The position numbers and the translations under genes are program-made. Under the pieces are notes generated by a model. That model was not told where the DNA came from. It did not search any database and was given only the letters and a program-made list of their open reading frames with translations. 32,000 nt of DNA from Saccharolobus solfataricus (GTDB taxonomy: Archaea; Thermoproteota; Thermoprotei_A; Sulfolobales; Sulfolobaceae): positions 120,001 to 152,000 of the forward strand of contig NZ_LT549890.1 of the NCBI RefSeq assembly GCF_900079115.1, given 5' to 3'. Positions 18,095 through 28,310 of the stretch are shown here, in pieces. Numbering within the stretch: the first letter of the stretch is position 1; the number at the start of each line of letters is the position of its first letter.

Positions 18095-19030
18095 ATGTAC
18101 ATAGTTACAGGTGGTGCTGGTTACATAGGTGGACATCTAGTCGATTATTTAATTTCAAAAAATTTAGAAGTAATAGTTATTGATGATTTATCTTATGGCA
18201 AATACAGAAATGAGAAGGCTAAATTTGTAATGTTTGACTTACGTCAAAACATGGGAGAACTAGTAGAGAAACTAGAAAAAAATCCGATAATTTACCATTT
18301 AGCTGCAAATCCAGACGTAAGAACGTCTATGATAAATGTGGAGGAGCATTTCGAAAGGGATGTCAAAGTCACGTTAAATGTAATGGAACTAGCAAGGAGA
18401 GTAGATGCAGAAAAAGTAATCTTTACCTCATCATCTACTGTCTATGGAGAGACAAGTAAGATTCCAACTCCAGAATCAGAAGAACTTAAGCCAATTTCCA
18501 ATTACGGATTATTTAAACTATTATGTGAGAATATAGTAAAATATTACGCAGAGCAATATGGCATAAAAAGTATCAGCACAAGATTAGCAAACATAACTGG
18601 TGGCAGAGTAAGCCATGGAGTAGTAATTGACTTTATAAAAAAGCTTAAAGATAATCCAAATTTACTAGAGATCTTAGGAAATGGAAAACAAAGAAAAAGT
18701 TATCTGTATATCGATGATTTAATAGAGGCGTTCGTAATGTTAGAGAAAAAAGTAAACCGGATTTATGACGTTTTTAACATAGGTAATAATGATTCAATTA
18801 CTGTAGACGAGATTGCTAAGATTGTTATAGATGAAATGAAATTAAGTCCAAGAATCACTTATAAGAATCCGACAGCTGATGGAAGAGGGTGGCCAGGAGA
18901 CGTAAGATTAATGTTATTAGATATCTCAAAAATATCAAGGGAAGTAGGCTGGTCACCCAAAATGAGTTCCAGAGAAGTGATTAGACAAGCCGTAAAAGAT
19001 TTGTTATATGGTTACAAGTCAGTCTATTGA
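18095..19030 (+). CDS. NAD-dependent epimerase/dehydratase (extended SDR, UDP-glucose 4-epimerase-like)
   Basis: [16 protein letters not shown] glycine-rich motif and a catalytic Y-x3-K (SNYGLFKLL). 311 aa. Confidence 0.85.
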   Translation: MYIVTGGAGYIGGHLVDYLISKNLEVIVIDDLSYGKYRNEKAKFVMFDLRQNMGELVEKLEKNPIIYHLAANPDVRTSMINVEEHFERDVKVTLNVMELARRVDAEKVIFTSSSTVYGETSKIPTPESEELKPISNYGLFKLLCENIVKYYAEQYGIKSISTRLANITGGRVSHGVVIDFIKKLKDNPNLLEILGNGKQRKSYLYIDDLIEAFVMLEKKVNRIYDVFNIGNNDSITVDEIAKIVIDEMKLSPRITYKNPTADGRGWPGDVRLMLLDISKISREVGWSPKMSSREVIRQAVKDLLYGYKSVY

Positions 19031-19316
19031 TAGATATGCTTCCTAATATCTCTCATCAATTTTAAGGAATATGTGAAAGTTATGTGAGAAGAAAATAAAA
19101 AATAAATTACTATAAATATTATTTTATGATCGAAAAGTAAGTAATATGCGGATAGTAAAAATAATTTTGAAAAATCAACATTATATTATGGTCATGGACA
19201 TTATATGTATCTAATCCTCTTGACTATAAACTCAAACTCTGAACCTGTCAGGAAAAAGCCTTTAATGAGTGAACTGAGTGAGAATGTCTAACTAATTTTT
19301 TAAGGAAATTTGATGC

Positions 19317-19413
<97 letters not shown>

Positions 19414-19464
19414 AACAATAAAAACTACTTTAAATAATATATAAAGTAAACGGTTTCTGACTAT

Positions 19465-20586
19465 TTAATCTATGACTATACGTGTGTCACATAGACTTAT
19501 TATATCCTTATCATGAGTAGCCAGAATTAAACCCCGTTTCTGTTCCTTTAGCATCTTTACCATTTCGTAAAACGAAAGTAACGCTTCTCCATCCATTCCT
19601 ACACTAGGCTCGTCTAAGCCTATTACCCTAGAATCTGAAGAAAAAGCTGACGCTATCAAAATCCTCATCTTTTGACCAAAACTTAGAGCATATGGACTTT
19701 TGTCTGCCAAATTTTCCAACTTAAATAAAGATAAAACACGTTTACTTCTTACAATCTCTCTTACGGTAAAATAAAAAAATTGTAAATCTACTTCTTGAAA
19801 AATCACGAAAATCTTCTTAGATAGTTTTCTGAGAATAGTAGTTTTACCGCTTCCGTTTCTGCCTAGTAAGCACAAAATTTCTCCTTCTCTTATTTTTATC
19901 GTAAAATTATCGATATTTACATTTAATATTTCATTACCTAATTCACTATTGATCTTGGGTAAACTAAATCCTCTTAACCCTTCTTTCCTTAAGAACTCTA
20001 TATCAAACAATTTCTCCTTTGATATCTCATTTATTTCTTTATTATTTCTAATCATATAAACCCTATCTACTAATTTGCGTAATTCTTCAATTCGGTGTTC
20101 TGCAATTAAACTATTCTTAGGAACTATTGTACTAACAGACTTTACTCCTTTATCATCTAAGTTTGCGAATGGTTCATCAAGTAGGATATATTCAGGGTTT
20201 GAAGCTAGAACCGAAGCAATAGCGTACCTCTTTTTATATCCATCGGACAACTTATTGAACTCAACTTCATAGTAATGACCCATTAAATTTCTAGCTATTT
20301 TATCATCTACACTATGGAATCTTTTCATCAATTCGATTTCATCTTTTAGCGTAGAAGCCAATATTTGAGAAGAAACATCTTGTAAAACTGCCGAGATCTT
20401 TGAATAATCTTTCTCCTTACAGAAATCCAAGTCATCAACTGTAACGTTGGAAGTAGTCTGATCTAGGCATAAGGCGGATAGTATTAATGTAGTTTTTCCG
20501 CTTCCATTTTTACCTACTAAACCTACTCTTTCTCCTTTCTCGATCTCTATCTTTCCGTTTAAATATTTAGGACTAATGATAAGCAT
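19465..20586 (-). CDS. ECF/CbiO-type ABC transporter ATPase with two fused, unusually compact nucleotide-binding domains (373 aa)
   Basis: Two motif sets. First: GKNGSGKT / LSDGYKKR / ILLDEP / AEH. Second: GRNGSGKT / LSFGQKMR / IGLDEP / ATH. Confidence 0.8.
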   Translation of the reverse strand: MLIISPKYLNGKIEIEKGERVGLVGKNGSGKTTLILSALCLDQTTSNVTVDDLDFCKEKDYSKISAVLQDVSSQILASTLKDEIELMKRFHSVDDKIARNLMGHYYEVEFNKLSDGYKKRYAIASVLASNPEYILLDEPFANLDDKGVKSVSTIVPKNSLIAEHRIEELRKLVDRVYMIRNNKEINEISKEKLFDIEFLRKEGLRGFSLPKINSELGNEILNVNIDNFTIKIREGEILCLLGRNGSGKTTILRKLSKKIFVIFQEVDLQFFYFTVREIVRSKRVLSLFKLENLADKSPYALSFGQKMRILIASAFSSDSRVIGLDEPSVGMDGEALLSFYEMVKMLKEQKRGLILATHDKDIISLCDTRIVID

Positions 20587-21140
20587 AACGTAACCACACC
20601 TATAAGTAGAAGTATTAAATCCCCACTTGAAGGTTTTAAATTTCTCTTGTAATTATATTTACCAAACAGCTTAACGGTATATGCAACATACAAGTTATCA
20701 GCAATTTTCACTGTTTCTACTATTATTGGAAGTAATAATCTGTTTAAATTTAATAAGTTTATATTTCTTATTCGTGCATAAAACACAACTTTCTGGATCA
20801 TTTCATAAAATCTAGGATAATATGTAAGAGCAATTACGAGAGGAACCCCCTTTGAACCAAATAAGTCAATTATTGAAGACTTATCAGTGTATTCACTTGA
20901 AATCAGAAAAACGTTGATAATTGAGAAAGCTCTAAGCGTATACTCATAAACAAAAATTTTACCAAGAAAACTCAATATAAGAAAAGATAGAATACCGATT
21001 AAAACTTCTATTACAATAATCCATATTCTTCTATATAGTATGGCTAATGTGACCAGAAATGGCACAAAAAAATTGAAAAATATACTATTAATATACATTA
21101 TAACCGAAAAAAGTAGGATATAGAGAAATTTTACCTTCAT
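20559..21140 (-). CDS. ECF transporter transmembrane (T, CbiQ/EcfT-like) component
   Basis: Polytopic membrane protein of 193 aa. It is translationally overlapped with the ATPase (28 nt) and with the upstream membrane gene (4 nt). The assignment rests mostly on context. Confidence 0.6.
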   Translation of the reverse strand: MKVKFLYILLFSVIMYINSIFFNFFVPFLVTLAILYRRIWIIVIEVLIGILSFLILSFLGKIFVYEYTLRAFSIINVFLISSEYTDKSSIIDLFGSKGVPLVIALTYYPRFYEMIQKVVFYARIRNINLLNLNRLLLPIIVETVKIADNLYVAYTVKLFGKYNYKRNLKPSSGDLILLLIGVVTLCLSLVLNI

Positions 21141-21691
21141 TTAATAACCCCAGCTCTAATTAAATACGATACGATATAGAACGATATCAAACCCATTAGT
21201 GCGCTTTCAGCAAACATTCCAACTGCTACTCCAGTCCAAATATATGCTGAAGTTATTACAGGTGCAGGGACTTTCACCATATATAGAGCAAGCAAAGTAC
21301 TTAACACACCCTCTAGACCTCCTGCAATGGCGGTATACGTAATTACTGCTTTTAAAGACCTATAACCCATAACTCTTGTTACACCTTCTACAATCAGTGC
21401 TATAATAATCAAAGGTATTGCGATAAACGGTAAGAAGCTAACTGCATATAAGCCAGCGCTAATTAATCCTATGAAAATAGGGCCCAGTTTTCTGTTAATG
21501 ACTTGTATACCAATGGAAAGGAGTATTAGAGGAACAGTGAGATTCAGTATTGGATCAGCAAATATGTTTACAGCAAAAAGACCAGTAGATAATGCTAATC
21601 CCGCAGCAACAGCATAAGACGCTATTGAGAAAACTGCTGCGTAAATTACAGCCCTTCTGATTGAAATTTGACTTGAAGACTTATCGTTCAT
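21137..21691 (-). CDS. Small 5-6-TM membrane protein, probable substrate-capture (S) component of the ECF transporter; substrate unknown
   Basis: 184 aa, Gly/Ala-rich TM helices, first gene of the S-T-A arrangement. Confidence 0.5.
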   Translation of the reverse strand: MNDKSSSQISIRRAVIYAAVFSIASYAVAAGLALSTGLFAVNIFADPILNLTVPLILLSIGIQVINRKLGPIFIGLISAGLYAVSFLPFIAIPLIIIALIVEGVTRVMGYRSLKAVITYTAIAGGLEGVLSTLLALYMVKVPAPVITSAYIWTGVAVGMFAESALMGLISFYIVSYLIRAGVIK

Positions 21692-21750
21692 ATTTTAAAC
21701 TTCAGAATAAGACAAAATAAAATTAGCCTTAATTAATACTCTTCACTTAA

Positions 21751-23382
21751 TTAAATTCTTGAAAGTATTACCGACTCGAAGTTAGGATCAATCTTTACAT
21801 TTATGATTTTCTTATCGACAGATTTCAAAGCCTCTTCTAACTCAGTTAATGTATTAACAGTTACACCACCTAAGGCTTTTTCTGCAATCTCATCAAAATT
21901 GGCATTGAAACTAGTCTGTGATCTAGCAATAGTAGGTAAATCAGAGTTAGAAACTTCAATGTAATTTGCGCCCCCATCATTTAATATAATTAACTTTCCT
22001 TTAATCTTATCCATCTTATATTTTAGTAATGATAAATGAGGTAATATTCCCTCTATATCAGTAATTCCATATGCAACGTATTTAGAAGCTATAATACCAC
22101 CTACCGCGATACCTCTCTCTAGTAAAGATTCTGCAGTATACCACGTCTTCTTAGCATTTATCGGTAATCTAACTAAATCTATTGTTGTAGCCGAAATATC
22201 CACATAGACTTTCTCAAAGCCACCTATACTGCTTAGCATTTTCACCACATCTATAGGCCATATATCATTATGAGATGTAATTGGGTATGCTTGACGTTGA
22301 GTTTTATAAATAATATCACTAGCCCCTCTATTTATCTTCTCCTTTATCTTAGCCTTTAATTGAGTTAATAGTTCTCTTAAGAATAACCCGGTATCAGCTA
22401 CTATTGGAACATGAGGCATGAAAACTTTGCCTATATCCTCACCATCAACATTGTTATGCACTAGGATGCCTTTATACTTTAATGACCAGCCAGCTGTACT
22501 TAACTGAGTAAACCTAGTGCCTAACGCTAGTATTACATCAGCATTCTCAATTAGATAGTTTGCGGCACTAGTGCTAAAGGCACCTAATCCTTCTCCAGCA
22601 AATAATTTATGGTTAGATGGTATTGAACCTTTAGCCTTAAATGTAGTAACTACTGGTGAATCTATTAATTCAGCCAGTTCGACTAACATGTCTTCTGCGT
22701 CGCTTAAAACTACTCCATATCCCGCAATTATAACTGGTAATTTAGCATTAGTTAAAAGTTCAGCTACTTTGGCTACACTATTCTTATCTGGAGTCCTCTT
22801 CTCTGGCTTTTGCCCCGCAGTGGATAACGGATAAGCTTTTGCCCTGAATAAGTCTTCAGATATTTCAACATAAGAAGGTCTTGGTCTATTACTAACTGCT
22901 TCCTTATAGGCTTTCTCTATTGTAACAGTTATTTCTTCTATACTGATAACTCTTTCTTTAGTCTTAATTATTGGAGATAAAATGTTTGATAAATCATCGA
23001 TCGTTCTAAATTCACCAATTCTGGCCCTTCCTGTGTCTTTATGTGATCTTACGCTAGATATTATAAGAAGGGGAACTGACTCCATATAGGCTTGAGCTAT
23101 AACATCTACTGCATCAGTTAACTTCGAGCCCGGTATCTGAATTATAGTCCCTACTGAATTATTTTCCATTGCATAAGCATAAGCTAGCCAGCTTGCGTCT
23201 TTTACTGAAATAGAAAAATCAACTTCAATATTGTACTTCTTTAACATTTCCTTAACAATATTTGGTAGGGAGTAAGTTGTAAATACCTTAGTTAAGCCAA
23301 TATCATTTAAAACGTATGCAAGGGCTTCTTCGCCTTTCATTTCTACGCCTACAGTCTCCTCTTTTCTTTTGGGCTGGCTCAT
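21751..23382 (-). CDS. Thiamine-diphosphate-dependent enzyme of the acetolactate synthase large-subunit family (diverged)
   Basis: Three-domain ALS-like layout. The start is reassigned to ATG 23382 (MSQPKRKEETVGV...), because the ORF-track start 23466 runs into the tRNA gene at 23425-23538. A TTTAAAAA TATA-like box lies about 30 nt upstream of 23382. Confidence 0.8.
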   Translation of the reverse strand: MSQPKRKEETVGVEMKGEEALAYVLNDIGLTKVFTTYSLPNIVKEMLKKYNIEVDFSISVKDASWLAYAYAMENNSVGTIIQIPGSKLTDAVDVIAQAYMESVPLLIISSVRSHKDTGRARIGEFRTIDDLSNILSPIIKTKERVISIEEITVTIEKAYKEAVSNRPRPSYVEISEDLFRAKAYPLSTAGQKPEKRTPDKNSVAKVAELLTNAKLPVIIAGYGVVLSDAEDMLVELAELIDSPVVTTFKAKGSIPSNHKLFAGEGLGAFSTSAANYLIENADVILALGTRFTQLSTAGWSLKYKGILVHNNVDGEDIGKVFMPHVPIVADTGLFLRELLTQLKAKIKEKINRGASDIIYKTQRQAYPITSHNDIWPIDVVKMLSSIGGFEKVYVDISATTIDLVRLPINAKKTWYTAESLLERGIAVGGIIASKYVAYGITDIEGILPHLSLLKYKMDKIKGKLIILNDGGANYIEVSNSDLPTIARSQTSFNANFDEIAEKALGGVTVNTLTELEEALKSVDKKIINVKIDPNFESVILSRI

Positions 23383-23424
23383 ACTAACATTATAATTGGA
23401 ACTACTTTTTAAATCTCTTCTAAA

Positions 23425-23538
23425 AGCCGGGGGCGGGATTCGAACCCGCGAAATAACGGGTGTCAACTAGTACCACTGCGGCCCCTAGCGCTACCGATGG
23501 GCTGGTAGTGCCGCCTTAGACCACTCGGCCACCCCGGC
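23425..23538 (-). tRNA. Class-II-like tRNA (Ser-type D arm) with one or more introns; anticodon not resolved by hand
   Basis: Reverse complement: GCCGGGG-TG-GCCGAGTGGTCTAAGGC... ...GCGGG-TTCGAAT-CCCGC-CCCCGGC-T. The acceptor and T arms pair perfectly and the D arm is Ser-like. The 63 nt between the D and T arms hold no contiguous canonical anticodon arm. Confidence 0.75.
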
Positions 23539-23579
23539 AACAATAATAACTTATTAAAAACTACTTAAAAACTATATGG

Positions 23580-24149
23580 GTGCATATGTTGATACCTTTT
23601 AGCAAGGTAGGAGAAGTTCTTCATGAATTGCAAGATCTTACAAAATTCATAATAATTGGGGATACCATAGTCGATATCACTCTAAAGAGAAAAGGAACTG
23701 AGAGCGATGTAGACTTATTTGCGCTTGATATAAGCGTACTAGTAGATGATGATAAAATTAGAAACTTTGCTTATGAGAGAGGATGGGACTATGGTAGAAC
23801 GCCAATTGATACTCCAAGACTATTAGCTCCAATTGATGATGACCAGCTACAGATAGATTTATACGAAAATATACAAGATTTCTTCGTTCCAAAAGAAATC
23901 CTAGAGAGTGCAATAAATATAAAAATAGGAGGTTATGAGTTTAAAAGTATAAGGTTAGAAGATTACATTTTACTCAAAGCTAATGCTTTTAGAGAAGAAG
24001 ATGAAGATGAACTAAAAACCTTATTGTATCTACTTGGAGAAGGTAAGATCAGCATCGATAAAGAGTATTTAAAAGAACATATTCAAGCATTTGAGGAAAA
24101 TAGTGAAAGTATAAAGGAACGTTTATCATCTATTGGAATAAAAATTTGA
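23580..24149 (+). CDS. Pol-beta-superfamily nucleotidyltransferase-like protein (189 aa), stand-alone
   Basis: [23 protein letters not shown] fits the minimal NTase pattern G-[SD]-x(n)-D-x-D, with a later acidic IDLYE. GTG start per the ORF track; ATG at 23586 is an alternative. Confidence 0.5.
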   Translation: MHMLIPFSKVGEVLHELQDLTKFIIIGDTIVDITLKRKGTESDVDLFALDISVLVDDDKIRNFAYERGWDYGRTPIDTPRLLAPIDDDQLQIDLYENIQDFFVPKEILESAINIKIGGYEFKSIRLEDYILLKANAFREEDEDELKTLLYLLGEGKISIDKEYLKEHIQAFEENSESIKERLSSIGIKI

Positions 24150-24162
24150 TTAAGTAAAAAAT

Positions 24163-24333
24163 TTAGCCTTTCTTAGTTGGTAGTTCCTTCTTCTTCAATC
24201 TTAAGTTTGTACTATGGCATCGTCTACACTTGGTTGCTCTTATAGGATTAAGAGCCCCACATTTTCTGCAGACTTTTTTCAAAAATACCCTTTGCTGCAC
24301 TATTTGCAATTTAGCGGGATCGGTTAGCGGCAT
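24163..24333 (-). CDS. rpl40e: 50S ribosomal protein L40e (56 aa)
   Basis: Hand translation: [56 protein letters not shown]. This is a typical archaeal L40e with a C4 zinc motif. It is below the ORF-track cut-off. Confidence 0.9.
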   Translation of the reverse strand: MPLTDPAKLQIVQQRVFLKKVCRKCGALNPIRATKCRRCHSTNLRLKKKELPTKKG

Positions 24334-24395
24334 TTATTTATCCCGGCTATAATTATTTTATCTCGCATTCATAAGTATTGCGGTAAACGGAGTGA

Positions 24396-24908
24396 ATGAA
24401 GATGAAGATCCCCCTAGATTATGTTTGCGTTAGAAGTGGACTTCTCTGCAATAGATGTCAGTCTCTTATAGATAGCGGTGAGGTATTTGAATATGAAGTT
24501 GAGATAATAAAAATATTATTAGATCTAGAGGAAACACAGTTTAAGGAGCTTAAGGATTCTACATATCATAAAGCTTACAAAGTAGATGATCTACTAATAT
24601 TATTAGTTACAAGTGGACAAGAGATGACTCAACAAAAATGGATTAAAATAGCAAGAATCTTACAAGAGAAATTAAACATAAAGGTTAGAGTCTTAGAAAA
24701 AACTAACAGTATAAAGAATAGTGCAGTCCAATTACTCTCACCAGCCAGAGTACTTGGCGTAAATACTGTATGGATGCCAGATGGTTCTGTGCAGTACGTA
24801 ATTCGTGTATCTAGATCAGAAAGGAGATTGTTACCAGCTGAAGCACAACTTTTAGAGTCAGCACTAACTAAAATACATTCAACACCGGTTAGAATAAGGG
24901 TAGAGTAA
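24396..24908 (+). CDS. Probable KH-domain RNA-binding protein (NusA-like), Cys-containing N-terminus
   Basis: 170 aa. [19 protein letters not shown]...VIRV resembles an archaeal NusA-like KH segment. It sits directly upstream of aspS, with 1 nt between its stop and the aspS TTG. By-eye call only. Confidence 0.5.
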
Positions 24909-24909
24909 G

Positions 24910-26199
24910 TTGTTTAGGACACATCTAGTCTCAGAATTAAATCCTAAATTAGATGGATCAGAAGTAAAGGTAGCAGGATGGGTTCATAATGTAAGGAATT
25001 TAGGTGGAAAGATATTTATTTTATTAAGAGACAAGAGTGGAATAGGACAAATAGTAGTTGAAAAAGGTAATAATGCATATGATAAAGTCATAAATATAGG
25101 ATTGGAATCGACTATCGTTGTAAATGGTGTAGTTAAAGCTGATGCGAGAGCCCCTAATGGGGTTGAAGTACACGCAAAAGATATAGAAATACTGTCGTAT
25201 GCAAGGTCTCCATTACCGTTAGATGTGACGGGCAAGGTTAAGGCTGATATAGATACTAGACTTAGGGAAAGATTACTAGATTTAAGAAGATTGGAGATGC
25301 AAGCAGTGTTAAAAATACAATCGGTAGCTGTGAAATCATTTAGGGAAACATTATATAAACATGGATTTGTAGAAGTCTTTACTCCAAAGATAATTGCTAG
25401 TGCAACGGAAGGAGGAGCCCAATTATTTCCAGTATTATACTTTGGAAAAGAGGCATTTTTAGCTCAGAGTCCGCAATTATACAAGGAATTATTAGCAGGT
25501 GCTATAGAAAGAGTATTTGAAATAGCTCCTGCATGGAGAGCAGAAGAGTCAGACACACCATATCATCTCTCAGAGTTCATTAGCATGGACGTAGAAATGG
25601 CCTTTGCCGATTACAACGATATAATGGCTTTAATAGAACAAATAATTTATAACATGATAAATGATGTAAAGAGAGAATGTGAAAATGAATTAAAGATATT
25701 GAATTATACTCCACCTAATGTTAGAATACCTATAAAGAAAGTCTCTTACTCAGATGCAATAGAGCTTCTGAAAAGTAAAGGTGTTAATATTAAATTTGGC
25801 GATGATATAGGAACGCCTGAACTGAGGGTATTATATAATGAATTAAAGGAAGATCTTTACTTCGTAACTGATTGGCCTTGGCTAAGTAGACCATTTTATA
25901 CAAAGCAGAAAAAAGATAATCCGCAGCTAAGCGAGAGCTTTGATTTAATTTTCAGATGGTTAGAGATTGTTTCTGGAAGTTCAAGAAATCACGTTAAAGA
26001 AGTCCTAGAGAACTCACTTAAAGTAAGAGGACTAAATCCAGAAAGTTTTGAATTCTTCCTAAAATGGTTTGACTATGGGATGCCACCACACGCCGGTTTT
26101 GGAATGGGATTAGCAAGAGTAATGTTAATGTTAACTGGTCTTCAGAGCGTGAAGGAAGTAGTACCATTCCCTAGAGATAAGAAGAGACTAACACCATAA
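24910..26199 (+). CDS. aspS: Aspartyl-tRNA synthetase (class IIb, archaeal type)
   Basis: N-terminal OB anticodon-binding domain ([21 protein letters not shown]). Class II motifs FRAEES-like (AWRAEESDT) and GFGMGLARV. 429 aa, TTG start. Confidence 0.95.
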   Translation: MFRTHLVSELNPKLDGSEVKVAGWVHNVRNLGGKIFILLRDKSGIGQIVVEKGNNAYDKVINIGLESTIVVNGVVKADARAPNGVEVHAKDIEILSYARSPLPLDVTGKVKADIDTRLRERLLDLRRLEMQAVLKIQSVAVKSFRETLYKHGFVEVFTPKIIASATEGGAQLFPVLYFGKEAFLAQSPQLYKELLAGAIERVFEIAPAWRAEESDTPYHLSEFISMDVEMAFADYNDIMALIEQIIYNMINDVKRECENELKILNYTPPNVRIPIKKVSYSDAIELLKSKGVNIKFGDDIGTPELRVLYNELKEDLYFVTDWPWLSRPFYTKQKKDNPQLSESFDLIFRWLEIVSGSSRNHVKEVLENSLKVRGLNPESFEFFLKWFDYGMPPHAGFGMGLARVMLMLTGLQSVKEVVPFPRDKKRLTP

Positions 26200-26202
26200 A
26201 AG

Positions 26203-27336
26203 TTAAGTGAATTTTCTTGGATCTCCTCTTAAGATTTCCCTAAGTAATATTGTAGCGTACATTCCTCTTTCTAATACAAAAGATATTGTTTTAGTTTCCT
26301 CGTTAACTTTTAAATCTCTTATATTCATAAACGCCTTCCTCACGAGGTCTCTTAGGGAGATTTTGAATTCTTGTAATTTGAAAAAATTTCGTTCTATTCC
26401 CTCATCCAGATAAATTTCCTTGCAAACATCATCACAGTTATTAAAATAGATAGGTATTCTTATAAGCAAGTTAACCTTATCATTAAGGTTCTTATATTCG
26501 TCTAGCTTTCTGGATAAATACAGATTAAATAAATAACTTTGATATGCGTCTAAATATAACGAGATTGGAATGAAACTACTTTTAAGGGCTAGATAATAAG
26601 AATTAAATCTCATATAGTTCTTCAGTAACAATTTCTCTTGCTTAAACTTGGACGGAATCGATCTAACTGCTTCTTTAAAATCGCCTTCCATTATTAACTT
26701 TCTTATGTCAATGGTTTCTTTTGACTCGGAAAGAAAAGGATATGTCAAAATCAGATAAAATGCCTTCTCCCAGTCTCTTCTCAAAAGATATTTCCCTATT
26801 AAATGTGTAATAGGCCTCCGGGTACCAAAACGTTGATAGCCTATAAAAGCTGGGAGATATGGATTTTTCTTAATTTGTTCTATTCTCTCTATGACTATAT
26901 CGAAGTCGGATATTGAGAGGGATATTTCAAATATATTTCCAGTATGATTTAGTTTTTTTGAAGAAAATCCGAGGAACTTTAGAATAAAACTCCTTGATTG
27001 ATATTTCTCAATCAGTTCTTGTTTTTCGTTTAACGGTATATATACTAACTGAGATGTTATCGCATTAGCATCCTTAATACCTATATAATTTACTTTAGAA
27101 TGTAGTACTTTCTGAACTTCGGATATAGCGGAAAAATGATCTATTCCCCATTTTGTAAGTAAGAATACCGCATATTTACCTTTTGTCTCGCCTTTCCAAT
27201 CTTGAGCTGGCTTAAAGTCAATCTCTTCTATAACTTTAAACCCGTTTGGTCTTTCAATTGTTCCGTCTAACTCGTTCCAGTCTTCATAATAATATTTTTC
27301 CATACCTAACGCAATGTCTATTTCATGAGGAGTCAC
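26203..27336 (-). CDS. truD: tRNA pseudouridine synthase TruD/Pus7 family
   Basis: Catalytic GxKD motif (YIGIKDANAIT) and a downstream GYQRFG motif. The GTG start overlaps the pth2 stop (GTGA). Confidence 0.85.
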   Translation of the reverse strand: MTPHEIDIALGMEKYYYEDWNELDGTIERPNGFKVIEEIDFKPAQDWKGETKGKYAVFLLTKWGIDHFSAISEVQKVLHSKVNYIGIKDANAITSQLVYIPLNEKQELIEKYQSRSFILKFLGFSSKKLNHTGNIFEISLSISDFDIVIERIEQIKKNPYLPAFIGYQRFGTRRPITHLIGKYLLRRDWEKAFYLILTYPFLSESKETIDIRKLIMEGDFKEAVRSIPSKFKQEKLLLKNYMRFNSYYLALKSSFIPISLYLDAYQSYLFNLYLSRKLDEYKNLNDKVNLLIRIPIYFNNCDDVCKEIYLDEGIERNFFKLQEFKISLRDLVRKAFMNIRDLKVNEETKTISFVLERGMYATILLREILRGDPRKFT

Positions 27337-27695
27337 AGTAATTTTAGATCACCCGTGATAGAATCTACTAAATTTTCTGGTGCAGGCCCGATACCTAAAC
27401 ACGTTATAGTGCCGGGTTCTAATTGAGTCTTTCCTGCATCTTCAATTATAGAGAATGGTAAATTCATTGTTTCGGCTTTTTTAGCTCTTGAAATAATTTC
27501 GTCTAATGAATTTACCTTAACAATTATCTTTGGTTGTCCTTGATGTAACCACTCATTTAGCCACTCTTTCCAACGTAAGTTATTAGAGTTAATAATACTT
27601 ACCACTAAAGTTACTGCTGCATGAGCAACTTGAGCTGCTATCTTACCTTTACCCATTTTAATATCACTCCTTACGACAATAACCATCTTAATCAT
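27333..27695 (-). CDS. pth: Peptidyl-tRNA hydrolase, archaeal Pth2 type
   Basis: KMVIVVRSDIKMGKGKIAAQVAHAAV...IEDAGKTQLEPGTITCLGIGP is the characteristic Pth2 sequence. Confidence 0.9.
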   Translation of the reverse strand: MIKMVIVVRSDIKMGKGKIAAQVAHAAVTLVVSIINSNNLRWKEWLNEWLHQGQPKIIVKVNSLDEIISRAKKAETMNLPFSIIEDAGKTQLEPGTITCLGIGPAPENLVDSITGDLKLL

Positions 27696-27759
27696 AATGT
27701 AACTACGAAAACAACAAACACTTTTAAACTTTTATTGATGTTTAATAAAGGGGAATGAT

Positions 27760-27957
27760 ATGTCGGTTAAGTTAAGCATTAGGGAAGAGGTAGAACCACC
27801 AATATGTTCAAGTTGTGGAAAAATAATACACCCAAGAGAGAAGGGAGTTGAATTCTATTGCCCAAATTGCGGTGAAGTATTAATAAGAAGAGATCACATG
27901 TGTAGAAAACAAGGAGCAGAATATATTTGTCCAAATTGTGGATTTAAGGGACCCTAA
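27760..27957 (+). CDS. Double zinc-ribbon protein (65 aa), of the conserved archaeal family found upstream of EF-1beta
   Basis: Three CxxC pairs (CSSCGK, CPNCGE, CPNCG) plus an isolated Cys. Conserved synteny with EF-1beta. Confidence 0.7.
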   Translation: MSVKLSIREEVEPPICSSCGKIIHPREKGVEFYCPNCGEVLIRRDHMCRKQGAEYICPNCGFKGP

Positions 27958-27970
27958 GGGGTAGCTTAAA

Positions 27971-28246
27971 ATGACAGATGTGTTAGTTGTCCTTAAAGTC
28001 TTTCCCGATAGTGATGAAGTTAATTTAGATAATTTGTACACAGATATTAGCAGTAAATTGCCTAAAGAATATAAGATTATTAGAAAGGAAACTGAACCTA
28101 TAGCTTTTGGTCTAAACGCGCTAATCCTATATGTTCAAATGCCTGAGCAAACTGAAGGTGGGACAGACAATTTAGAAGAAGTAGTAAATAATATACAAGG
28201 AGTTAGTCATGCCGAAGTAGTAGGGATAACAAGATTAGGATTCTAA
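27971..28246 (+). CDS. ef1b: Translation elongation factor aEF-1beta
   Basis: 91 aa. VVLKVFPDSDEVNLDNL...EPIAFGLNALILYVQMPE...V matches the EF-1beta guanine-exchange-domain pattern. Confidence 0.85.
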   Translation: MTDVLVVLKVFPDSDEVNLDNLYTDISSKLPKEYKIIRKETEPIAFGLNALILYVQMPEQTEGGTDNLEEVVNNIQGVSHAEVVGITRLGF

Positions 28247-28310
28247 TAAACTCTTTGGTACGTTAGTTCTTATATATCCTTTATACGCTAAAATATTTTG
28301 GAGATAAAAA

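Noticed and set aside
19020-19075. Possible C/D-box sRNA on the minus strand (TGATGA ... CTGA about 40 nt apart) and an imperfect hairpin after the epimerase stop
   Set aside because: The box spacing is too short for C/D'/C'/D architecture and there is no terminal stem. It partly overlaps the epimerase coding end. The inverted repeat (TGATAGATAT/ATATCTCTCA) is more simply a 3'-end hairpin.
20075-22834. ORFs 20075-20272(+) and 22571-22834(+)
   Set aside because: Antisense to the ECF ATPase and the ThDP enzyme.
23383-23466. N-terminal extension of the ThDP-enzyme ORF (track start 23466, MTPVISRVRIPPPAF...)
   Set aside because: The extension is the antisense or same-strand read-through of the tRNA gene at 23425-23538. 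An internal ATG at 23382 with a TATA-like box about 30 nt upstream gives a sensible N-terminus.
24984-26413. ORFs 24984-25235(-) and 26207-26413(+)
   Set aside because: Antisense to aspS and truD.
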